NCBI GenBank assembly: GCA_963666975.2 | Contig: CAXVYR010000003.1 | Location: 1,120,001-1,184,000, forward strand | DNA from: Terriglobia bacterium | GTDB taxonomy: Bacteria; Acidobacteriota; Terriglobia; 2-12-FULL-54-10 | Direction: 5' to 3' | DNA length: 64,000 bases | Part shown: positions 55,995-64,000 of the stretch, piece after piece | Numbering within the stretch: the first letter of the stretch is position 1 | Layout: each line of letters starts with the position of its first letter | Made by a program: the position numbers and the translations under genes | Notes under the pieces: generated by a model | Seen by the model: only the letters and a program-made list of their open reading frames with translations | What the model was told of the DNA's origin: nothing | Databases searched by the model: none

Positions 55995-56494
55995 TGCTTC
56001 CCCTCTATCGGCTCACTTCTGTCAAGACTATTCTATACGAGCACCCGCAGGAATGATTACCCGAGAAAGAGTGTCTTGGTACCCTCATGGATCTTGAATT
56101 TAAGACCTTCGGGTTAGCAGGCAGGGAAAAGCTGCGCTTCGCGGTCCAGAAACGGCGTTGTGGGAAATAACCCCTGACTAGTCGTTAGCGTTGCTCGGGA
56201 GCGCCTCGGTGCAGTGAGGTGGGGAAGGGGGCAGACGTTTTTCCGAGGCGCTTTCGATAACGGGGCAATAAGTCAATTGGGCTTCGGCGAGGGAAAGGCT
56301 GCTGCAAGCACTTGGTTTGAATGGAGTTGGACGCGTTTTCCCGGATAGGTCCTGTGTAGTCGCCTAGTATTTACCAATCCGGCGGTCAAGAATAGGTCGC
56401 TACTACGCCGTTACTCAGGAGTAATCGTAGTGAACGCATCTTCTGTTTCAGACGCTCACGTTAGCCCGCGGGGGCCGCACCAGCATAACTTTCC

Positions 56495-57061
56495 TCAGCC
56501 TTTGGGACTGCCTGCAAACTCAAAGAGCGCCTTCCTGATTTCAGTCGTCAGAATTTCGTGAACCCTGTGCGTATCGCTCTCGGCCGCGAGCATCGCCGCC
56601 ACGCGCTCTGGAATGTTCAGCATCCTGTCCCGGATCGTGCGAGATTTATTGAACGCGAGCTTTTTAATATCTGACATCCGAACGAGATCGCCCATCCGCT
56701 CCTCGTAGTCGAGGCGCGCCATGCTGGCGCGATAATGTTCGCGAATCGCCCTATATGAAGCATAGCCGTCATCAGCAGTAGGTGCCGGCGGAGCTACCGG
56801 CGCCAGCTCTGGTTCTGCAGATTTCTTTTTTCCATTTCTTGCTGCCGTGGCATTCGGAGGTCGCCGCTGTTGCTGTACCGGCCGCGGTGCTGTATTCCGC
56901 ATCCAGTCCTCATCTGCTTTTTTTGCATCGATCAGACCCTTTTGGTTTTTTTTGATGCGACCGGACAGGATCGCTTTTTGAACCGCCCTATGGGTAACAC
57001 CTCGACGTTTGGCGTAAGCCCTTTGGCTGACCAGTTCCGCAGTTTCTTCAACACCTTTCAT
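56495..57061 (-). CDS. Terminase small subunit (Nu1-like)
   Basis: SQRAYAKRRGVTHRAVQKAI..GRI wHTH; ARLDYEERMGDLV and RDRMLNIPERVA motifs. Confidence 0.75.
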   Translation of the reverse strand: MKGVEETAELVSQRAYAKRRGVTHRAVQKAILSGRIKKNQKGLIDAKKADEDWMRNTAPRPVQQQRRPPNATAARNGKKKSAEPELAPVAPPAPTADDGYASYRAIREHYRASMARLDYEERMGDLVRMSDIKKLAFNKSRTIRDRMLNIPERVAAMLAAESDTHRVHEILTTEIRKALFEFAGSPKG

Positions 57062-57087
57062 CCCTCAACTATAATCCATTATCTGCG

Positions 57088-57190
57088 CCGGCTACCAGCG
57101 GCTACCGGCTACCTCTTTTTTGGGTGAGACGCTAGCGATATTGTGCCATCTTCTCACCCGATCTCGTTTTCAGCCAGGAAGGACCCGCGA
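57088..57190 (-). other. Putative lambda-like cos region upstream of terS
   Basis: GGGTCCTTCC (cosQ-like) followed by three GGTAGCC repeats before the terS start. Confidence 0.5.
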
Positions 57191-57296
57191 TGTCGACCAC
57201 TACTAAGAATTGCGCCCATTCGCGAGCTGTTTAGGCTCTCGGCATTGGCTACAAACCGGCCGCCTAACAGGCGAAGCCCCGTATATTCGCACCGAT

Positions 57297-57593
57297 TCAT
57301 TGGAGTTTCTCCGTTTCCGGTTCCCACGCCGTCCAATCAATCGGTTTTCCTTTCGGCGGATGGATGAACCGCTCTCTGCTATCTATCACGCCGATCGAGT
57401 AGCATCCGCCACACTTGTCTGAGTCGAGACAGCAAGCCAGCGCCGCGATGATCTGCCCCTTGTGCCACTTCATAGCCTCCAGTAGGTCTGGCGTCAGCGT
57501 GCCCTTCGGAGCACGGTAGCGGATTTGATTTCCCTGCGCCTCCAAGATGATGCCACGCCACTGTATTTCTCGTAAAACGTCCGTTGCGCTCAC
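57297..57593 (-). CDS. Small satellite protein (TubC-N-like)
   Basis: GIILEAQGNQIRYRAPKGTLTPDLLEAMK.HK motif; coupled to the upstream helicase. Confidence 0.65.
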   Translation of the reverse strand: MSATDVLREIQWRGIILEAQGNQIRYRAPKGTLTPDLLEAMKWHKGQIIAALACCLDSDKCGGCYSIGVIDSRERFIHPPKGKPIDWTAWEPETEKLQ

Positions 57594-59308
57594 ACGGATC
57601 CTTCCTCGAATAGCTGTTCTCCCTCTGAATTAGATATAGCGGGAAAATTTGCGTTTTTTTCGTGCTTTGCGTTCCCCCTATTGATTTCACTGGGTTTATC
57701 GCAGAACGCAAAATTGGACGGATTCGCTATTTGCATGTCGGGTTGAATTTGCGTGCCGACTTGCGGATTACGGGATGTTGCTTCCTCTGTTTGACCTACG
57801 GACTCTGCGGAACCCGGGAACGTAAGAAACGCAGAATTCCGCGACTTCTCTATACGAATGCTGCGCTTCGGACCGTCCATCTTGATGTCTATGCCGATCT
57901 GCCGAAGGTTTGGAGCCAGTCGGCGTAGACAACCGGACAATGCTCGGCCGTTTTTCGGCCAGGACCTCTCACGCCGTGTTTGGTCACTCACTTTCTGGTT
58001 CAGGAGTGTCAGGAGGTCGGTTGCAGTTCCCATGAACCGCTCGTCACTTGCCATAAGAAGCTTCATCGCTTGTGGCACAGGCGAAGCATCCAGAACTAGT
58101 TCATTTGCTGATTCACGATTGCCGTGGTAGGCATCCATAAATGAAGCCCCGCTCACGCCGAAAGCTGACTCGGCGGCTGTACCCCAGGCCGCGAAGTCCG
58201 CCATCCGGGGCGATTCTTTTAGGTGTGTAGTGGGCAGTCTCCGCAGTGCAGTACTAACAGCATCCAGGATGGTTCCGAGCAATTCAGGGCGGGCTTTCTG
58301 AAAATCCCTCCAGAACTCAGCCTCTCGCTTCCTCTTCTCGTCCGAGATCTGTGGCAAGTACAGAATCAGCGCCCGGTCCAAGAGGTCGCCACGAGTGGCA
58401 AGCTCCTCGATTCCATTCAGAATGACGGGCCGTGTCGCATCAAACAGAACTTCCTCACTGTCCGTATACAATTCTCGCGTACTAAAGCCACCGCCGGTCG
58501 CAAGGCGGCAGAGTGCATCTGAGAACCACGGCTGCAGGTGAGACAGGTTGTCGAAGGCTAGCATCCATGAGTTGGTGGCGGCGATGATGAGATCCCTTGC
58601 ATTGCGAGGCTCTGAGCGCAGCGGAGCGACGTTCGGATCAATCAGTTCTCGCAGGAGACGTTCCAGCGTGCTCTTTGCACTCCCTTGTTCCCCGTGCAGA
58701 ACCAGGACAGGGTATGGACCACGCGCCCGGAACGCTGCCACCAGAAAGCTCAGTACTAGCACCCAAGCGGCATCATCCGGGATGTTTGCGAAGGTCCGCA
58801 GTGCGCCCATACCGCATCCTCTTTCGGGAATCGGCAGAGGTAGCATTCCCCTCCGCCTAATGAAGCGCACGGGCGGCTTGTCAATCGGTTTCCATCCTTC
58901 CGCATCCACGCGAACCGATTGCCAGGCGTCATTCACTAGGTCTAGGTAGATCACATCATCGTCTCCGGCGATGCGCACAAAGACGCGCCGCTCCTGGCCT
59001 TGGAAGATGGCCTTTGCCGCAATCGTGTTGACAGCATTCTGGAATGCCTGTGTGCTGGGAGCTTTTCCCGTCAAACGATAGAACTGCCATCGCAGCCACT
59101 TGCCGAAGCCTCCCGACTTAACGGGCCAATTTTCGCAATGGTCTTTCACAGGCACGGTCGCGTAGGGTTCTCCAGATGGGCTATAGAATAGTTCCACGTC
59201 CTCGCTGTCGGCGATGGCAATGAGTTTGTCGGCTTGGGATTCCCGCTTGTTGCCACCGACAGCGTTTTCGATTATTCGCATGGCAGTGTACAGGTCCTGA
59301 TTGCTCAT
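57590..59308 (-). CDS. Replication ATPase/helicase of a phage-satellite type
   Basis: Walker A GEQGSAKST, FDN, RELYTDSEE and DLLDR motifs. Confidence 0.8.
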   Translation of the reverse strand: MSNQDLYTAMRIIENAVGGNKRESQADKLIAIADSEDVELFYSPSGEPYATVPVKDHCENWPVKSGGFGKWLRWQFYRLTGKAPSTQAFQNAVNTIAAKAIFQGQERRVFVRIAGDDDVIYLDLVNDAWQSVRVDAEGWKPIDKPPVRFIRRRGMLPLPIPERGCGMGALRTFANIPDDAAWVLVLSFLVAAFRARGPYPVLVLHGEQGSAKSTLERLLRELIDPNVAPLRSEPRNARDLIIAATNSWMLAFDNLSHLQPWFSDALCRLATGGGFSTRELYTDSEEVLFDATRPVILNGIEELATRGDLLDRALILYLPQISDEKRKREAEFWRDFQKARPELLGTILDAVSTALRRLPTTHLKESPRMADFAAWGTAAESAFGVSGASFMDAYHGNRESANELVLDASPVPQAMKLLMASDERFMGTATDLLTLLNQKVSDQTRRERSWPKNGRALSGCLRRLAPNLRQIGIDIKMDGPKRSIRIEKSRNSAFLTFPGSAESVGQTEEATSRNPQVGTQIQPDMQIANPSNFAFCDKPSEINRGNAKHEKNANFPAISNSEGEQLFEEGSV

Positions 59309-59838
59309 GCCTCCTCCTGCCGCTTGTGCAGAAATTCTCGATAGAGCACTGAGCCGTTGCCCTCCAATCCACAGAGCTGCTCATAGCGGGCTTCAGCCCG
59401 CTCCTGCCACGCGGAGATAGATTGCAGTTTCTCCCAGAGTTTCTCATCCACATGCTGCCCCGTTGCCAACTGCTGTCGCACGATCTGCCGCCAGTCAAGT
59501 TCGTAACGGCCGAGGTCACGGAGCAAAGCCGCCGTCTGGATTCGCTGCCGTCGTGTCCACTCAAGAAACCGCTCAGCCATTTCACGGATCAAACGCCGCC
59601 CGCGTACTTGCGACGGAGTCGGTTTAGGTGATTCGATTCGCAGCTCGCGTTCCAACGTCCGTCGGTTCCCCTTCCAGCCACAGCGATGACAGAAGAAAAG
59701 TTCGCGCTCAAGGTTAGCCGACAGCGTCCAGGATTTCCCTTCGCAATGGCCGCAGCGCCATTTCCCGCGCTCCCGGCGTGGTCGTTCCGCGCCGTCGCGC
59801 TGTAGTAGTTCAGTAAAAGGGACTACCTGAGAAATCAT
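59305..59838 (-). CDS. Primase-type zinc-finger protein
   Basis: CGHC and FFCHRCGWKGN motifs. Confidence 0.7.
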   Translation of the reverse strand: MISQVVPFTELLQRDGAERPRRERGKWRCGHCEGKSWTLSANLERELFFCHRCGWKGNRRTLERELRIESPKPTPSQVRGRRLIREMAERFLEWTRRQRIQTAALLRDLGRYELDWRQIVRQQLATGQHVDEKLWEKLQSISAWQERAEARYEQLCGLEGNGSVLYREFLHKRQEEA

Positions 59839-60062
59839 TTCCCCGCAGCCTTCACCGGGATTGTGTTCTCCCGGATGATGCGCTCGATCTCTTGTTCTGG
59901 GATTCGGACAGATCGTCCGATCTTTGCGTAAGAGATTTTTCTTCGCAGCACCCAGGCCCGAAGAGTTGAAACCCTCAAGCCGAGCCGCTCAGCTGCCTGC
60001 TCTACCGTGAGCATTCTTGCGTACCTCCCGAAAAGTGCTTGCCTGCCGGTCTGCATTGGCAT
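59835..60062 (-). CDS. Excisionase (HTH_17-like)
   Basis: MLTVEQAAERLGLRVSTLRAWV..KIGRSVRI motif. Confidence 0.85.
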   Translation of the reverse strand: MPMQTGRQALFGRYARMLTVEQAAERLGLRVSTLRAWVLRRKISYAKIGRSVRIPEQEIERIIRENTIPVKAAGK

Positions 60063-60097
60063 TACTATCTATACCCGCTGATTATATACAGTGATTA

Positions 60098-60820
60098 TTG
60101 TCTAGCACAATATCAACCATGAACTCGGGTGGGAATATGCACTTGCAAACTCTAGCAAAAACAGCGGGCATCACAACGGCCAAGGCCGAAAGATTCCTGC
60201 TGGAGTTAGCCAATCTGCGCCCCTCCAAGGAGGCGCATGGCCGTCTTCTGAAACGATTCCCAGAATTCCTGCCTGAGTTCCTCCATGATCCGAAAATAGC
60301 CGAACGCCTTCGGGATTGGATTCTTAGTTTCGATTCCCACGGCGCACACGGTTTCATTTTGAAAGAGCGCAACGTGTTAATTGACGGCCACGTAGTGATC
60401 TTTGGGAGAAAAACGCTCAACGAAACCTGGGAAGCGTCCAAGTCAATATTCCTGATCTTTCTTTCGGCGGTGTTTCTTCCAGATATTTGGGCTTCCACTG
60501 ATTTGCGAGCGGTTCAATGGAAGATATTCGGTATGCGGTTCTTCTCTAGAGGACCTACAGATAGCAACACATTTTTGCAAGCTGTACTAGACCCACCTCC
60601 ACCAAACCCTTTTGAGGTAGCGATGCTGTACCTATGGGAAAATTTTCACCGCACAAAGCAATGTAAGAGTCCGAGTTGCAAAGTGACGCCTTACTTTTTC
60701 GCAAAGAAAAAGGGACAGGAGTATTGCGGTGAACTCTGCGCTGCCGAGGCGCAGCGGGAATACAAACGCCAGTGGTGGGCCGAGCACGGCAAGCAATGGA
60801 GAAAGGAGCGTAAGAAATGA
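60098..60820 (+). CDS. Putative regulator with C-terminal CGNR-like zinc finger
   Basis: CKSPSC..YF..YCGELC motif; ATGA overlap with the integrase. Confidence 0.65.
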   Translation: MSSTISTMNSGGNMHLQTLAKTAGITTAKAERFLLELANLRPSKEAHGRLLKRFPEFLPEFLHDPKIAERLRDWILSFDSHGAHGFILKERNVLIDGHVVIFGRKTLNETWEASKSIFLIFLSAVFLPDIWASTDLRAVQWKIFGMRFFSRGPTDSNTFLQAVLDPPPPNPFEVAMLYLWENFHRTKQCKSPSCKVTPYFFAKKKGQEYCGELCAAEAQREYKRQWWAEHGKQWRKERKK

Positions 60821-61959
60821 GCGTCTATCGTAGGGGGCAGGTTTGGTGGTATGAGTTTCGATTTTGCGGACAATTTATCCGGGAGTCCTCCAAAAGCACC
60901 TCAAAAACAGTTGCCCGTGAGGCGGAGAGGCAGCGACGCCGACAATTGGAAAACGGCTACAACCGGATCCCCCCCAAGGAACGGGTTCGGATGTTTAGTT
61001 CAGCGGCCAGTGTATGGCTGGAGACCGAGAAGTTTCATTTCGCCCCCAAGACGACGGAACTATACGCCCTGTCCATCACCCACCTGAAACGTAAGTTCGG
61101 CAGGATGCTTCTCTCCGACATTTCAGCCGATGACATCTCGCGCTACCAATCCCACCGGATGGGGCAAAAAGCCGCTGGCCGCACTATCAACATGGAAACT
61201 GGAGTGCTCCGACAGATCATGCGAAAACACAAGCTCTGGGGAGCAATTTGCGATGATGTGAAGTCCATGAAAGAGCGGCGCGATGTTGGCAGGGCGCTTA
61301 GCCCCGATGAGGAAGCCTCACTCCTACAGGCCACCGCCGACAGAAGGTACAAGGACTCCCAGCTCTACGTCATTGTGGTGTTGGCTAAACACGACAGGAA
61401 ATCAAGATGCTGTGCTGCGCTAAACACGACAATGTGTAGTAAGGAAATCAAGATGCTGTGCTGGTCCCAAATCGACCTGATAAACCGCACTGCAATCGTC
61501 GGGAAGGGTAAGACGGATGCCAGGACTGGCCGGGTGATTCCGCTGAATCAGTCGGCGGTTGCGGCCCTAACCTATTGTGGCAACTGGAGGGCTGACGCGA
61601 AGCCTGACCACTACGTCTTTCCTGCTTGTGAGAACCACAAAATTAATGCCAGCCGCCCGATAAAGAGCTTCCGCACCGCTTGGAGAAACGCAACCAAGAA
61701 AGCAGGATTGGCAGGACTGCGTTTCCACGATCTGCGTCATACGGCTATAACAAAGCTGGCCGAAACTGCTGCCAGCGAGCAGACCATCATGAGCATCACA
61801 GGGCACGTCAGCCGGAAGATGCTGGAGCACTATTCACATATTCGGATGGATGCCAAGAGGAAGGCCCTGGACGCTATCGCTCAACCTGTTTTTCAGCAGG
61901 GGTACTACCAAAAGTCCACACAATCTGAAAAACTGGTAAAAGTGGGTCGCCCTAACTAA
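60817..61959 (+). CDS. Tyrosine integrase, probably inactive
   Basis: FHDLRH, TGH and HYSH motifs; box I reads LNTTMCSKE and carries an 11-aa duplication insert. Confidence 0.9.
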   Translation: MSVYRRGQVWWYEFRFCGQFIRESSKSTSKTVAREAERQRRRQLENGYNRIPPKERVRMFSSAASVWLETEKFHFAPKTTELYALSITHLKRKFGRMLLSDISADDISRYQSHRMGQKAAGRTINMETGVLRQIMRKHKLWGAICDDVKSMKERRDVGRALSPDEEASLLQATADRRYKDSQLYVIVVLAKHDRKSRCCAALNTTMCSKEIKMLCWSQIDLINRTAIVGKGKTDARTGRVIPLNQSAVAALTYCGNWRADAKPDHYVFPACENHKINASRPIKSFRTAWRNATKKAGLAGLRFHDLRHTAITKLAETAASEQTIMSITGHVSRKMLEHYSHIRMDAKRKALDAIAQPVFQQGYYQKSTQSEKLVKVGRPN

Positions 61960-61969
61960 CTGAAAAAAC

Positions 61970-62046
61970 TGGCGGGGCCGACGAGACTCGAACTCGCGAC
62001 CTCCTGCGTGACAGGCAGGCGTTCTAACCAACTGAACTACGGCCCC
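61970..62046 (-). tRNA. tRNA-Asp(GTC)
   Basis: 77-nt cloverleaf GGGGCCGTAGTTCAG...CCTGTCACG...GTTCGAGTC...CCCCGCCA. Confidence 0.97.
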
Positions 62047-62289
62047 ACATTCCCCAAGCGAAGAAACTTTCGCCGCGCCATCTTCTAAAAGAGTAGTCGG
62101 AGATGAAGCGCTAGTATAACACAGTGATCAGGCAGGTTCGCAAAACGGAGCAAGGAACAGCAGGACGGCGCAACAGAGCGGATTCTTCGCATCCCCAGGA
62201 GAAACAGCGCGAAAGACGCCACGGCGCCGGGCAGCAGCGTTTATCGGCCAATGCTTTCCCGTCAATGCTTCCCTATCAACGCTTTTCTA

Positions 62290-64000
62290 TCATTGCTTTT
62301 CTATGGAAGACGACTGCGAAACCGGCTTGCGGTACCATCGCGACATGACCGCTCCCGCCGGCTTGTTTCTAGGGATGAACCTGCCATCCTCGGGGCCTCC
62401 GCCGGAGCCCGTGCTATAAAAAGACCGGAAGATGGCTTCATAGGCGCGGGCCTGTTCCTCTACGTCGACTATGGAGGAGACCCTTTCATTCCATGGCTCG
62501 GTCACTCCCCCCCGCTTGCTGGGAAAGCCAACTTCGGTCAGGAGCACCGGACGGCCCCAGCGCCGCTGGAGCCGCTCCACGCGCCGGAGCACGTCATCAG
62601 CGCCTTTTTGTAACGCCGTGGCGGAAGCATCACCATTCCGTGTCAGAGGGAAATAGTTGTTCAGGCCGATGTAATCGATTCCGTGTCAGAGGGAAATAGT
62701 TGTTCAGGCCGATGTAATCGACCGCCCAGAACGGAAGCTTTTCAAACTCGTTCTCCCAATGCGCGCCGTAGGTAATCGGGCCGTGATAGATTCGCCGGAC
62801 CGTCGCAATCAAATCCCTCCACTCGGTTTCGTAGCGCGTCATCTCCCGAAGCTCATTTCCAATACAGAACAGATCGCTCCCGTTCCATTCGGCCAGCCGA
62901 GCGTTGTGGAGAATCCACTGGCGATACCGGAAGAACCAGAGGTCCCTTTCGCGCTTGTTTTGCAGATGGACATCTCCGGGGAACAATCCTCCCCGCAACC
63001 AGATTTGGGGCTTGAGCATTACCTTCATCCCCAGCCGGCGGGCCTGGAAGGTGGTATTGTTGATCCCTGCATCGCTCTCTCCGGAAAAACGGATCAGCTC
63101 GGGAACATCGGGTCCCGGCATAAAAGAAAAGGGCACCAAGGCGATGGAGTCCACCCCGAGCTGCTGCAAAGACGACAGCACATCTCCAACCCCCGAAGAG
63201 TCATACCCGCCGCCGCGGCGACGCCCCTCCTGAGTGAAGGAAACGCCGCGTTGAAAAAACGGCTGTTGTGAAGCCGCTGCCCGAGGTTCCGGTGAATAAC
63301 TTTTTGCTTGTTCCGTCAGCCATCGGCGCCATGCGGTTTCGAGTTCCTGCGGAGACACATCGAGCGACAAAGCCATGCTGCGGACGAGTGGAGATTGGGC
63401 CGTGGAGTAAAGTTCGCGAAACGTGCCCAGCCCCCACCGGGAGATGATCCAGCGGGCGAACTCCCCTGCCAAGGGCCGGCGGACCAGCGGAGAAAGGAAG
63501 TTGCCTTCTCTGCTGCCGCCTGATTCTGCGTTCGCCAAATAATCGAGCGCATAAGGACCTTCCTCAAAGGTAATCTGCGGCCCCCATTGCTCTATCGGCT
63601 TCGCTCGCCACGTTCCGGCGGCATAGGCAGCGGCTGTGAGTCCCAGGAAGGCATGCGCCGGGCTGCCCCAAACCTGCTGCACCAAAACCTGAGCGTCGGG
63701 CAACGGTTCCACCCGCGGGAATGTCTCATTCCAGACAGCCGCCACGGCGGCCTTGCCGGGGTCGGCGTTAAACTCGCCGCGGCCGTTACCCCTGCCTCTC
63801 TTCTGCTCGAAGGTGGAATGCAGATAGAACTGGATTTTTTCAGCGGGAGGCTGCGCCTCCAACCGTGCCGTCATCTGCCGCCACAGGCGCTCCCGTTCCT
63901 CGCCAAACTTTTGGACTTGCTCCTGGCCGTGGTCCTCCGCGTTGTAAAAGAACTGGTAATGCTCGCTGGCGAATTGTGTCAATTGCGTCAACTGCGTCAT
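62290..64000 (-). pseudogene. GH113-like glycoside hydrolase TIM-barrel protein, frameshifted; may start outside the window
   Basis: MKVMLKPQIW, IGNEL and DYIGLNNYFPL motifs; LTEVGF lies in another frame after a 43-bp duplication. Confidence 0.75.

Larger units (their letters stand above)
18499..62014. mobile_element. ~43.5-kb genomic island integrated at tRNA-Asp
   Basis: Flanking att direct repeats, tyrosine integrase next to the tRNA, satellite genes and dense IS content. Confidence 0.85.

Noticed and set aside
1-64000. Retron, DGR, group II intron or integron
   Set aside because: No reverse transcriptase or IntI-type ORF and no convincing attC array were seen.

Overview
GC-rich bacterial DNA with Acidobacteria-like gene content. 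Left arm (1-16.8 kb): an A1-type cytochrome c oxidase operon (coxB-coxA-coxC), lactate permease, a LarA-like gene, an IS3, a damaged Qrc/ACIII-like operon (cytochrome c, molybdopterin subunit, 4Fe-4S, NrfD), and a DHDPS-family gene plus an MFS transporter. A 55-bp direct repeat (18499-18553 and 61960-62014) made of the 3' part of tRNA-Asp(GTC) plus 10 downstream nt bounds a ~43.5-kb island. Its tRNA-proximal end holds two tandem capsid-less phage-satellite (PICI-like) modules: int/regulator, excisionase, primase or helicase, and small terminase, with a cos-like site. A third terS-like gene and a second cos-like site lie further in. The rest of the island is cargo plus heavy IS debris. Cargo: two Tat-signal aldo-keto reductases around an NTT-type transporter, a MITE-flanked NAD kinase, a secreted SDR, an amidohydrolase, DUF5916, duplicated Sel1 genes, DUF932 and RM fragments. 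IS debris: nested IS256/IS1380, IS4, IS3 copies and solo ends. A dispersed ~22-bp motif family marks cargo junctions. Several odd duplications and mosaics may be assembly artefacts. All family calls are by eye from motifs; no searches were run.
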